Assembly (NCBI RefSeq): GCF_018350175.1
Contig: NC_058368.1
Coordinates: forward strand, 57,724,001 to 57,788,000
Reading direction: 5' to 3'
From: Felis catus
Taxonomy: Eukaryota
Length of the DNA stretch: 64,000 nt
The position numbers and the translations under genes are program-made. Shown here piece by piece: positions 40,461 to 53,241 of this stretch (positions are counted from its first letter, which is position 1; every line of letters begins with the position of its first letter). Below the pieces are notes generated by a model. That model was not told where the DNA came from. It searched no databases and saw only the letters and a list, made by a program, of their open reading frames with translations.

Positions 40461-41684
40461 GTTAGCCATTCTAACACTATGGTTATATCTCATTGTGGTT
40501 TTGATTTTCATTTACCTGATAATATATGATGCTGAACATTTTTTCATATACCTATTGGCCATATGCATATCTTCTTTGGAGAAGTGTCTATTTGGGTCCT
40601 TAGCTCCTTTTTAATTAGGTTATTAATATTTCTGCTATTAAGTTGTAAGTGTTCCATACATATTTTATATATAAACCCCTCATCAGATATATGGTTTGTA
40701 AGTATTTTCACCCATTCTGTGGGTTGCCTTTTTTACTCTGTTGATTGCTTCCTTTTTCTTTGCAGAAGCTTTTCAGTTTGATATAGTTACACTTGCTTTT
40801 TTTTTTCTTTTCTTTTTTGTGCTTTTGGTGTCATATCATAAAAATCACTGTTAAGACTAATGTCAAGCTTTTCCACTATGTTTTTCTCTAGGAGTTTTAT
40901 AGTTTTAGGTCTTTCATTTAAGTATTTTTTTAATCCATTTTGATTTGATTTTTGTGTGTGGGCCAATTTCATTCTTTTTTATTCATTCATTTTTAAATTT
41001 TGTATTCATTCATTTTTATTTCATTCATTTTTGTGTATGTATCCAATTTCATTCTTTTTTTATGTGGATATCAAGTTTTCCCAACACCATTTGTTAAACA
41101 GACTGTCTTCTGTTCATTGTGTATTCTTAGCACCCTTGTTACCCTTGTTGAAGATCAGTTGACTATATGTGTGAGTTTATTTTTTGTGATCTCTATTCTG
41201 TCCCATTGGTCTATATGTCTGTCTTTATGCCAGCACCACACTGTTTTAACCAGTATAGTTTTGAAATTTTTAAATCAGGAAGTGTGATACTTCCAACTTT
41301 GTTCTTCTTTCCCATAACTGCTTTGACTCCATAGGTCTGTTTGTAATTCTATATGAATTTTAAGATTTTTAAAAATTTCTGTGTAAAATGCCACTGGATT
41401 TTGATGGAGAAAGCACTGAATCTATACAGTAGGTAGTTTTTGAGTACTATACCCACTAACGATGCTAAATCTTCCAATCTATGAATACAGGATGTCTTTC
41501 TACTTATTTGTGTCTTCTTCAGTTTCTCTCATCATTGCATTATAGGTTTCAGGGTACAAATTTTTCACCTTCATGGGTTATATTTATTTCTAAGTATTTT
41601 ATTACTTGCAATATCAATGTAAATGGAATTTCTTTCTTAACTTCCTTTTCACATAGTTCATTGTTAATGTATAGACATGTAACA

Positions 41685-41719
41685 TTTTTTTTAATTTTTT
41701 TTAATTTTTATTTATAATT

Positions 41720-41758
<39 letters not shown>

Positions 41759-41920
41759 TCTGGGCAGGGGCAGAGAGAGAGGAAGATACAGAATCTGAAG
41801 CAGTCTCCAGGCTTTAAGCTGTCAGCACAGAACCCGACATGGGCCTTCAACTCACAAACCTTGAGATCGTGACCTGAGTTGAAGTCAGACACCTAACTGA
41901 CGGAACCACCCCGGCACCCC
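41685..41920 (-). mobile_element. Can-SINE with (GA)n
   Basis: Typical body ending ggcacccc. Confidence 0.9.
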
Positions 41921-43010
41921 ATAACTTATTTTTTATGTTGATTTTGTATCCTGCAGCTTTACTGAATTTATTTATTAGCTGTAACAATTTTGGTGTGTGT
42001 GTGTGTGTGTGTGTGATGCAATCTTTAGGGTTTCCATGTATAAGATGAAGTCATTTGCAAACAGAGAAAAAATATACTTCTTCCTTTTTTATTTGCAGGA
42101 CTTTTATTTCTTTTACTTTCCATTATTACTCTGGCTAGGATTTTGATATTATGTAGACTAGGAGTGTGAGAGTGGGCATCCTTGTTTTATTCCTGATCTT
42201 AAGGAGAAAAGCTTTCAGTTTATTAACACTGAGTATAACATTAGTTGTGGTTTATTATATGGTCTTTATTATATTAAGGTAAGTTCCTCCTATACCCAGA
42301 CTGTTGAAAGTTTTCATCATGAAAGGATATTGAACTTTGTCAAATGCTTTTAATGTATCTATTGAGATGATCATGTGATTTTTATCCTTCACTTGGTTAA
42401 TGTAGTATACCACAATACTTGATTTGGGGATGTTAAGCCATTTTTGCAATTTAGGGATATATCTTGCTGGATCAATATGTAAGGTTATTTTAATGTGCTA
42501 CTAAATTTGGTTTGCTAGTATTTTGTTGAGGATTTTTGCATCAATGTTCATCAGGGTTATGGCCTATAGTTTTCTTGTAGTGTCTCTCCATCTTTGGTAT
42601 CAATGTAATGCTGGCCTTGAAGAGTCTGAGAAGGATTATTAGTTAGAGATGTTAGTTCTTTAAATCTTTGGTAGAATTCTATAATCCTGGTAAAGCTATC
42701 TAGTATCTTTAGTACTTATCTTTGTTGGTAGGTTTTTGATTACTGATTACATTCCTTGCTCATTGCTCAGATTTTCTATTCATAATTATATCTAGTCAGA
42801 TACAATTCTAGGAATATATCCATTTCTTCTAGATTATCCAATTTGTTAGTAGAGATTTGTCCTTAGTAGTGTCTAATGATGTTTTTATTTCTGTGTATCA
42901 GTTGTAATGTCTCCCCTTTCATTTATGATTTTATTTGAGTTTTCTCTCGTTTCTCTTAGTCTGATTAATGGTCTTTCAAGTTCGCTAATCTTTTCAAAAA
43001 AGTAACTCTT

Positions 43011-43228
43011 GGGGCGCCTGGGTGGCGCAGTCGGTTAAGCGTCCGACTTCAGCCAGGTCACGATCTCGCGGTCCGTGAGTTCGAGCCCCGCGTCAGGCTC
43101 TGGGCTGATGGCTCAGAGCCTGGAGCCTGTTTCCGATTCTGTGTCTCCCTCTCTCTCTGCCCCTTCCCCGTTCATGCTCTGTCTCTCTCTGTCCCAAAAA
43201 TAAATAAACATTGAAAAAAAAATTTTTT
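43011..43228 (+). mobile_element. Very young feline Can-SINE
   Basis: CpGs intact. TSD aaagtaactctt (42999-43010 / 43229-43240). Confidence 0.97.
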
Positions 43229-43455
43229 AAAGTAACTCTTGGTTTCATTGATTTGTTTTCTATTGTTTATCCATTTTCTATTTTGATTATTTCTTCTCTA
43301 ATCTTTACTTTTCCTTTCCTCTATTGATTTTGGACTTAGTTTGTTCTTTTATTTCCTTTCTTGGTGTTTTTTTTTTCTTTGTTTGTTTGTTTTTGTTTGT
43401 TTGTTTTTTGTCCCTTGAGCTGTAAAGTTAGTTCACTTATTTGAAATATTCTTCT

Positions 43456-43675
43456 GGGGTATCTGGGTGGCTCAGTCAGTTGAGCATCTGACTTCAGCTT
43501 AGGTCATGATCTCACAGTCCATGAGTTCGAGCCCCATGTTGGTCTCCGTGCTGACAGCTCAGAGCCTGGAGCTGTTTCAGATTCTGTGTCTCCCTCTCTC
43601 TGCCCCTTCCCCGTTCATGCTCTGTCTCTCTCTCTCAAAAATGAATAAATGTTAAAAAATTTTAAATAAAAAAAA
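43456..43675 (+). mobile_element. Can-SINE
   Basis: Perfect TSD gaaatattcttct (43443-43455 / 43676-43688). Confidence 0.95.
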
Positions 43676-43812
43676 GAAATATTCTTCTTTTTTAATGTAG
43701 ATGCTTAACACTATTAACTTCCCTAGTAGTGTGAGTCATTTGGTAGAAATTGTAAACGTAAATATTATTTCTCTCACCTGAAGAAAAACATATCATTACA
43801 TATACTAAAGTG

Positions 43813-44035
43813 GTGAGGCACCTGGGTGGCTCAGTCAGTTAAGTTGTCTGACTTCAGCTCAGGTCATGACCCCACAGTCTGTGAGTTTGAGCCCTGTGTC
43901 GGACTCTGTGCTGACAGCTCAGAGCCTTGGAATCTGCTTTCAGATTCTGTGTGTCCCTTTCACTGCTCCCCACCCCTCCCACTCACACTCTGCCTCTATC
44001 TCTTTCAAAGAAAAGTGAACATTAATTTTTTTTAA
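43813..44035 (+). mobile_element. Can-SINE
   Basis: TSD atatactaaagtg/atatactgaagtg. Confidence 0.92.
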
Positions 44036-44520
44036 ATATACTGAAGTGCAACTTTAATATAAAGCAACGAATCTGCTCATTTATAGAGTGTCAGCTTTCC
44101 ACTTGTTGTGAAAACATGAGGAACGATACCAAGAAATAGGAAACTAAAGGAAGAATTTTTCTCATGTTACAAATTCATTGAGGACTTATTAAGGAGTGAA
44201 AGAATGAACAAGCACTTAAGAACTACAAATCTCACTATGTAAAACATTATTATTTTGTGAAACATTTAAAAAATAAAAACCGCATTTGACTTGAAAGTAG
44301 TTGAACAAAATATAAATTGATAAAATATGATCTAGTCAAAATAAAAATGTTTAAAAATAATAATTAATATTAACAGACATATATCTTAAGTTAAATGTTT
44401 CTTATACTTGATAAATCTTATGAAAATTGAAGATAATTTTACAACCTTTTATTTGGGATGAGTGGATCTTCTACACTGCTTAATCTGTAATGTATTTATA
44501 GTGAATTAATTTAATGAAAC

Positions 44521-44736
44521 TTAATTTTTTTGATGTTTACTTATTTTTGAGAGAGACAGAGAGACACAGCATGAGCAGGGGAGGGACAGAGAGAAAGGGA
44601 GACACAGAATATGAAGCAGGCTCCAGGATCCAAGCTGTCAGCACAGAGCCCGATGCTGGGTTCGAACTCACGAACCATGAGATCGTGACCTAAGCCAAAG
44701 TCAGATGCTTAACCTACTGAGCCACTCAGGCAACCC
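44521..44736 (-). mobile_element. Can-SINE
   Basis: TSD tatagtgaattaattt/tatagtgatttaattt. Confidence 0.92.
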
Positions 44737-46101
44737 TATAGTGATTTAATTTTAATTTCCAAGTCACTTTTAGTCATTTCTGTTCTGTACTGTTGGTAAC
44801 AAGAAAATGTCTAACAATGATATCGATTACATAATTTGCAATAGATTAAAAACAATTTTTGTGGTTTGATCACATATCTTCTGAAAATTGTATATTTAAC
44901 AGAAACAAGCTATGTTGTTTGTTAAAACTATTTAGCTTTATTTTTTTTAATTTAGTATTTAAAAATAGTATTTGCTATCACAGGGAAGAGCAGGATTAAC
45001 TGACAGAATATAAATTAGTAATTTAAATATAAAACAAAAAATACAAATTCTTCAAGGGACAGGAAAAAAAAATGTTCATATATGTGGTATCTAAAGAGGC
45101 AGGTGTTGGGAATGAATCACCCCAGGTTCTAGCAAGAAAAGCATGTACTATGTGTACAGAAGTTTTTAGAAAAATAGTTAACATAATTAATTAAATAAGA
45201 AATAATAAAACTGATTAAACAGTGATCTTTTTTCTATTGAAAAAAAATGTTCTGTTTCCTATAACCATGATGCACTAGCAATGCTAAATAACTTCAATTA
45301 TAAAACATTCCTCCCAGAGGAAAAACAAACAAACAACATGTGTTGTCCTAACTGCTAAAAAAATATGTGGATACATTGATTTTAATCATGTATATAACAA
45401 TTATGTAAAATACTGCGTTTTTATTACTTCTTCTTTAATAGACATTGATTTCTACGTGGAATTTAAGTTGGAGAAATTCCCGTTACAAAATTGTCCCCTG
45501 ACAGGTACAGACTCATCTACAGAGACCCATTTTAAGAGAAAGTTCATAAGGGACCAGGATGATTTGAGTCCTTCTCAGGCTCGTTCATATCTCCAGCCTC
45601 TGTTGTACTACACATACCTGAGTTGAAACAGCAGATTTGAAAGACCCTATGAAAGTGAAGCTTTCATAAAATCAAAATAACAGAATTTGAGTTACTTTAA
45701 TTCTATCACATGATGTAATTAGTTAGATTTAGTGTATACCATTCAAAACAGTGAAACAGAGTAGAATCTGCATAGTGAAACTTGTGTGTCTAGTGAGTGG
45801 ACATTTTAGTTTTACATAAAATATTTAACTGGATTTGGAATTTTCAAAATTAAAATTAACTTTAAAAAGTATTATATTTAAGTCATTTTTAAAGGATGAA
45901 TGAATCAATAGTATAATAATTATTTAGAATATAATATGGTTGTATAGGAGAAATGATAATACTGATTGACAAATATAATGGTGTATCACTGGTTCATATT
46001 CAAGCAAGATGTTTACTCTAAATTGTTCTATTGACCAAATTGATTCAACCAATAGCTTCTATAGCATTTCTTTTCACTAATTGATTTTGGCCAAATTATG
46101 G

Positions 46102-46319
46102 TTTTAAATTGTTTTTAAAGAGTTAATTATTTTTGAGGGACAGAGAGAGACAGAGTACAAGCAGAGGAGGGTTGACAGAGAGGGAGACAAAATCCAAAGC
46201 AGGCTCTGGGCTCTGAGCTGTCAGCATGAAATGTGATGCAGGGCTCAAACCCATGAACCATGAGATCATGACTTGAGCTGAAGTAGGATGCTTAACCAAC
46301 TGAGCCACCGATGCTCCCC
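46102..46319 (-). mobile_element. Can-SINE
   Basis: TSD ggccaaattat/ggccaacttat. Confidence 0.9.
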
Positions 46320-46324
46320 TGGCC

Positions 46325-47847
46325 AACTTATTTTTTAAAATAGACTTTATTTTTAAAGAGTTTTAGATTTACAGAAAACTGTACATAGTACTTGAGTTCC
46401 CAAATACTTCATGCAGTTTCCTCTATTATTAGCATCTTACCTTAGTATACTGTTTGTCATAGTTAATGAAACAGTGTTAATACATTTTATTATATAAAGT
46501 ACATGTTTACTAGGGACTGGATGTTTGTGTTCCTCCAAAATTCATTTGAAACTTAACTCCAATATGATCGTATTAGGAGACAGGGCTTTTGGAAAGTGAT
46601 TTAGTCATGAAGGTGGGGTTCTCATGATTGGGATTAGTGCCCTTTTAAAAGGGATCCCAGAGAGTTAGCTTCTCTTTTCTACCATGGGAGGCCACAGAAA
46701 AAAGGTGGCTCTTTATGAACAAGAAGGGGATTCTCACCTGACATTGAATGTGCTGGCACCTTGATCTTGAACTTCATAGACTCCAGATCGTGAGAAATAA
46801 ATTTGTGTTGTTTATAAGCCACTCAGTGTATGGTATTTTGCTATAGTACTCTAAATGAGTAAGACAATACTCATTCGTTTTTTCTTAATTTTTCTCTAAT
46901 GTGATTTTTACTGTCCCAAAATCTCACCCAGGATACCACATGCATTCAGTTGTCATTTCTTTAGGTTCCTTCTGGCTGTGACAGTGTGAAAGTTCAGATT
47001 TTTCTTATTTTAAAAATTTGAGTTTTGAACAGTACTGGTCAGATATTTTATAGGATATCTCTCTGTTGGAATTTGTCTAATGTTTAAGTCTTGTTTAGAC
47101 TGTGGTTAAGGGCTTTAGAGAGGACAGTATCAGTTAAATTATTTTCATCATATAATACTTAGAGTATATACTGTCAATATCATTATAACTGCTGTTATCG
47201 ATCTTGATCTCCTTGTTGCTATGGTGCTTTCCAGGGTTCTCTATTATATAATTCTTCTTTATTTCATCCTTTTGCATTTGTACTCTAATGAAGGAAGACA
47301 CTATGTGCAGTTCACAATTAAAGACTGGAAACTTACGTCTCCTCTCATTGAAATTAAAGAATCTCCATTTAAATATATTTTTTCTTGCATAGGTTTGTCT
47401 TTTCCCCACTATTTATTTATTTTTATATAATTGATTTATATCAGTATGGCATCATACTATATCATGAACTAAAATAATTTATTTTACACTTTGGGTTATA
47501 ACCCAATACACTTTTACTTATTCTGTGAACAAGTTGTTTCAGTTCTGGCTATTCAGTTGGCTCCAACAACTCTTTCACATCACCATCTTTATGTGTTTTG
47601 TATTGGTTTGAGCACTTCTTTACTTTCTGGAAACTCAAGATATTCCATTCCCTTCTTATATACTTCCTGCTGCTATCCTACAATCCACAGTTTCACCAAA
47701 GAGTCTTAGTTCCTTTTATTGGAGAATTATATTAGAAAACAAAATCTGGGCCCTAGATGTGTTCATTGTGACTGGGGTATCATTGTTTCTAAGCCTTTTT
47801 AGCTGACAGAATATATTAGTGTATACTAATCAGTGTGTGTGTGTGTG

Positions 47848-47879
<32 letters not shown>

Positions 47880-48450
47880 TATATATATATATATATATTT
47901 CAATATTTAATCATCCATACATTGAGCTAAATATGGGTTCAAACTAATATATCCAACCTTTGTCCATTACTGCATGCATATAGCCTTTTCCCCCTCGTTA
48001 TCTATAACTTTCCACTCCATCAGTAAGAAGTCTAACTTCTACCATCTGCCATCCATTTACTTAACTATTCAAATTTAGTAAACAGGGATAGTAATGCCAG
48101 AAGTGTTAACCCATACTGCCAATGGAAACAACTTTATCAACTGGAATATGGCGCTTGTATAAAGTTCATTGAACCTTTAATCTTACACATTCCATCCATT
48201 CCCAAAGTTACTTAAATCAGCTCCTTTCCTTGACTCTTTCAGAGTGATTGTTGCATATGATTATAATGTCACATTCTGCAAAAGAATCCTCTTGCCCCTT
48301 AAATGAGTTTTTTTTTTAATTTTCCTGTATTAAGGTTTACTTTTTTTGCTGTAAGGTTTTATTGGTCTTGACAAATGCATAGCATTATTTGTATACCATT
48401 ACTATATATTATACATAAGAGTTTCACTGCCCTGAAGATTTTTCCTATGC
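46325..48450 (-). mobile_element. Old L1MC-like 3'UTR fragment
   Basis: tagactttatttttaaagagttttagatttacagaaaact..., cccaggataccacat.. motifs. Confidence 0.65.
46508..46866 (+). mobile_element. MLT1A-like MaLR solo LTR nested in L1MC
   Basis: gatgtttgtgttcctccaaaattcat ... gagaaataaatttgtgttgtttataagccac ... taagaca. Confidence 0.88.
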
Positions 48451-50039
48451 TTCATTGTTCCTATGACTTTTGGTCTGGTCACCGTGAGCTAAAGAGGAAA
48501 GATAGTAGGGAGCTCAATCTTCATTAGGAAATAGGAAATGAACTTTCTAGTTAAAGGAATGCACACAAAAATATACAAAAGACATAAATGCATAAACTGT
48601 ATTCATGGAGGAGTTGATAAACTTTGTGAAGCACTTGGGTCATTTTACACAGAAGGAGTATTTGAAATAATACTGATCGAATGGACTGTAGTCAAATTCT
48701 CTTGAAAAACCAACTAAATACCATTTAAATGTTATTCTTATGAATTTGGGAGCTATTAAGATTTTGGAAAGTAAACTCTTGCCTACAAAACTTTAGCATA
48801 TAGTTAGTGTAAATTCCCCAAATATAACAAGCCACTGACTCATTGTTCTCATATAATTAAATACTGACAGAATTCTGGAATTGTATTTCTTTTTAAAAAG
48901 GATGACAATGAGTCATTCTCCTGTGATTTTCTAACATTCTTAAATCAGTATAGATAAATATCACATTTTTGTGATGTTTTCATTTACAACTCTGTCAATT
49001 AGCACTGCTCAGAAGTGCACTAAATAGTCTCCAAGTAGCTTGGAAGAGTTAATGTCTCCCTAAATACCTAATTTTCTACCAAGGATTGACAGAGATACAG
49101 GAGCAAACAGATACCAATAGCATTTAGTAGCACTGAAATAAAGTGAAAAAGAATCTAAGCATTTTCTTTCATCTCTTTAGGGCATTATTTCTGTCTACTG
49201 TTCACCTGCTCTAATTATCCTGGCAGCTCACTTAAATTGCATTTTTTCTGCCACTAACAAGATGAGCCAGATTTTCTCCAGTGCCAAAGACACAGTATCA
49301 TCAACAAAAAAGTCTTGATGATACCCTAGTGACTTCAAAGTGTTAATCCATCTCACTGGATGCTTATGTAGGTTCCAAGGAACGGTGTGCTCCAAGGGAG
49401 AATTTGGCTCAATGAGAGATGGCTTTAGTACACAAGCAATGGTACTGTTCAATTTGCTTTTCTTATATTTACATTAGGTAAACGCTGGCAACAAGACTTA
49501 GATTTTGAAGCAAACATAGCGCCATGCCTGCTGCTCATGTTGGGCTGTTTTCAGGTCAATTAGTGCCTCCTAAACTCTTAAAGCAGGTGCTAATCTGGTA
49601 CTTAAACTGTTGAGACATTTGGCTTATTTTCTCTGTAAAGAGAAGTTGGAAGTACTTTGTATAGGAGTTTAAGAGGAAAAATGAATAAACAAACACATTA
49701 CTTTCCCTTATTAACCTTAAACTGTTTTTTTTAATCAGGAACATATTAAAAATTAAATCTTAGAACCAGTTTAAGCAGCTTTCCTCTTAACAAGCAGAAA
49801 ATACGTGACTAGCACAGCTTGATTTGCTTCTTTATGTTCATTTTTAATTTAATTTTTAATTTGTTAGTACTAGTGAATTAGTGCATGAAACTCGGTATCT
49901 TCTTCAATATGTTCTACGTTTCTAATGAGATGTCGCTTAAGAAGCATTTTAGAAGAGTTCTCCATGAACAGATTTGTGTGTCGGATAATTTTGAAAGAAA
50001 AAGAAAAGAAAGAAAAACACTGCATGAATAACCAAACAC

Positions 50040-50890
50040 ACACTGTTTGCATGTAGTCATCCATGCAATATGTATGGAAAATGTACTGACCCACTGTGGT
50101 TCTAGTAGGGATTTGTGTTAAAGAAAAGAATACAACATAGGCACTAGACCTAAGGCATTCATAGTCTAGAAAGAGATATATAAACAAATTATAACACCCT
50201 GTGAAGGACGCAGGCAGCTATAATAGCATACAAGGGTATCATAAGAGGGACTGATTAATTCTTGCAGGGTTTATGGGACAGTAGATGAGGTCTCTGAAAG
50301 AGATTATACCTAAGATGGATAATAAAATATAAAATTTGAGTTTTTAAGAGCATAAGAGGGAATAGATAGTCTGGATGGAAGAAAAATAAACTTAAAAGAA
50401 GAAGAGAGTGTCATTTGAATGAAGAAAATAAAAACTGTCCAGTGCTATTGGTACAAAGTCAATAAGGTAGGGCCAAACAATGAGATTACTGACATCACAT
50501 ATTAACCAGCTTAATTTTTTCCTGTGAGTCAATGGCTCTCAAAATTCAGCATGCAAACATAACCTTGGAGAAATGTTAAATGCATATCCTGGACTTCACA
50601 CCCCAAAAAATCTGATTTAGCAGGTCTGGTTAAAACCCAGGATTCTGAATTTTTACCAGGCCTTGCAAAAAATACACCATTGTTTGAGAAACAGGGCAGT
50701 AAATGGTGAGGGAGGTTATGAATGCTGTTAAGTAGGGAACAGACATAATCAGACTTGTGTTTTAGAAACTATTTGAGCAGCAACACAGATTACATGGTAG
50801 AGAATGGAAGCAAAATTGAGGGAGACCAATTTTAACCTGTTAATTTGTTCACTTAAACTTATTGAACATCAGATATGTGCCAACATCTGT
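50040..50890. mobile_element. L2 remnants with a nested MER5A-like element (~50530-50690)
   Basis: aaatctgatttagcaggtctgg...ccaggattctgaattttt...ttgagaaac (MER5A) and gacataatcagacttgtgttttaga (L2). Confidence 0.6.
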
Positions 50891-52811
50891 ACTGGGTATC
50901 ACATATGTGTCACTAGTCTCCTGGCGAGATAGGTAGTTTTTCAAAATCTTCACAGCTCATTAGCTCTCAGATCTCTGACTATGACCTATGGCCTCACAAG
51001 GAAACGCTTGTGCAGCTATTTTATTGATGCATTCTAGGGCTCATGAGGAGCCAAACAGTGGAGAAGAGAATGAACTGAGACCGATGAAAGCAGAAACAGT
51101 AGGACTCTATGCCTCATCACATGTGAAAGGAGAGGAAGAGAGTGCTTTAGAAGCTCTGCAAAGACTTCTGGCTGAGCCAACAACCCACAAGTCCGAATAG
51201 GTTATACACAAAGAACAAGTTAGATTGGAGGAGGTATTTGGGGATAATAAAAAAAATGCAGCTTTCGGTGTTGGTAGGGCTTATATATATGCAACCATTG
51301 GTTTTTACAATTGTGGAAAAATATTTTTACCTTGAAAACTGAGATATATTCATTGCTATCAAATAATCGGGCACAGATCATATATTACTAATGACACTTC
51401 TTGTTTTTTTTCTTCCATTTCAGAAAACTGAGTCAGTTTTGATTTTATTTCTTTAAATGATTTTAGAAGTGGTTAGTTATAAAGTAAAGTAACAAATCAT
51501 AATCTTTAGAAAGCATCTTTCCATTTCACTTTCCACCTGCATGAGAACTGAAGCATGGTCTTGATAATGAGCATTGCTGCTGCAGCACTGCCCTTAGCAT
51601 ACCACCCTCACCCCCACCAGTCAGCATGCCTCCCAACATAACCTATGACCTCTCCTTGCCTTTGTCAACCAATTATGAAATACTGCTCCCCTTTTCTTGT
51701 CCTTCAAACCTAGCAAATGAGATGCTTCTCTAAGGAATAACTGGTAATATAATCAGCAGAGGCAGTGGTGGAATAAAGGTAATTTTAGTGTAATAGGAAT
51801 AAAAGTTTTGGAAGAAGACTGGAGTAAGTGTATTTAGAGATGAGAAAATATTTCCTGGACAATAGAATTCTGTGTTGACAAGAAAAGTTGACATTTTCCC
51901 AACATGCTTTCATGGGCAGCAACCTCTCACACTGAGGTGCAGATGTTGCCTTCCTCACTGCTCACAGGCATCTTTGCAATAAGTAGTAACTTTCAGGGTT
52001 TTTGCCTTTTTCTTTTTTTTAATTACTGAAAACATCTCATTTGTAAAGAAGATTAAATGTCATTCTTATAGTTAATTTTTATTATTCTATATTTGTTACA
52101 TAATTGAAATATAGATATGCATAAAATTTGCAGAAGTACCAAGTTTTAAACCATTGCCTTATGGGGTTCCCTGCCTTCTAAGAATTTATGCACCCCTACT
52201 TCCCTGGCGCCTCCCTCATCATTTTATGAAATTTTATATATTTTATTTAGGTGGCAGTTACTCTAGCATAGAAACTAAATATTTTTTTGAATTTGATAGA
52301 ATGATAACAGTTTAACAGCAGTTAATATTTATTGAATATTTACTGTGGGCTAAGTCCTTTAACTTCTAAGTGATTGACATGCATTGGCTCAATTCCTCCT
52401 TAAAATAACATAAAGAAGTCGGAACTATTAACAGCTCCCTACTACATACACAAATATAAATTAAAGAGGCTACTTTTCTTTGGCTTCACTTGTGATGCTT
52501 TCTCCACTCTGTTAATTAATGTACCAGACCCCCCCCCCCCCGCCCCACCGCCTTCTAATTTCCAAAGTTTAGCTGATATATTTCATCTGTTTTTATCTCG
52601 TTATTCACCCTGTCGTTGTGTATGATTCTGTCTTTAATTCAATTTGCCACTATCATAGAAGAATTTCAGTAGAGAGCAGAAATACATCCATGTATACACC
52701 GTGTTCAATAAGAAATCTGCAAAGCATTTTTCACGAGAAAAATTATACACAATTTCTAGTTTGCTGTCTAATACAGCCATTTTTGTTGACAATAGAAAGG
52801 GGTTAAGCCCA

Positions 52812-53241
52812 ATGTTATAGTCCAAGCCCCTAAAGAGTGGATGCAAGTGGGATTATACATTCAAGAGATTTACGAGGAGAAAGGCTTGTGAGGCAAAATG
52901 GAATACACCAGGGTAGCTGGGAGGGGAGTCAAGTGAATGATGCAGGTCTGACCTTTTGAAGGAGAGAGGAATGGATTAAGTGGAGAATCCTAGACTGTGT
53001 TGCAGTTCCAAAACTTTGGCAAGGATAATGGGTATTCCTTGAGCAATGTTGTCCTTCTGGGAGATTATTCATCTCCTAGGAATGGACCTCATTTAGTATC
53101 ACAGCTATACGAAGGCATTGGCTGGAAGCAGTCCATGAGAAGCATTGCCCTGGTGCAAACTTGGCAATGAATTTCTGAATACAATACTGCAGTTACAGTT
53201 CATGCAGTTAGAGGTCTGAGAGGTGCATTTTCATGCCACCA
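52812..53241. mobile_element. LTR16-like (ERVL) solo LTR
   Basis: gatgcaggtctgacct...gaaggagagagg...cctagactg...ttggcaagg motifs. Confidence 0.6.

Larger units (their letters stand above)
39300..43730 (-). mobile_element. Old L1 (L1MA/MB-like) ORF2-3'UTR fragment with nested SINEs
   Basis: Antisense ORF2 peptides (e.g. 42255-42449 [11 protein letters not shown]...[10 protein letters not shown]) and a 3'UTR near 39300-39700. Confidence 0.85.

Noticed and set aside
43011..43090. tRNA-like A and B boxes
   Set aside because: tRNA-derived SINE head, not a tRNA gene.
50988..51200. 70-aa ATG-initiated, protein-like ORF (MASQGNAC...)
   Set aside because: Purine-rich sequence adjoining antisense L2 remnants. 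No recognisable domain and no good splice donor.
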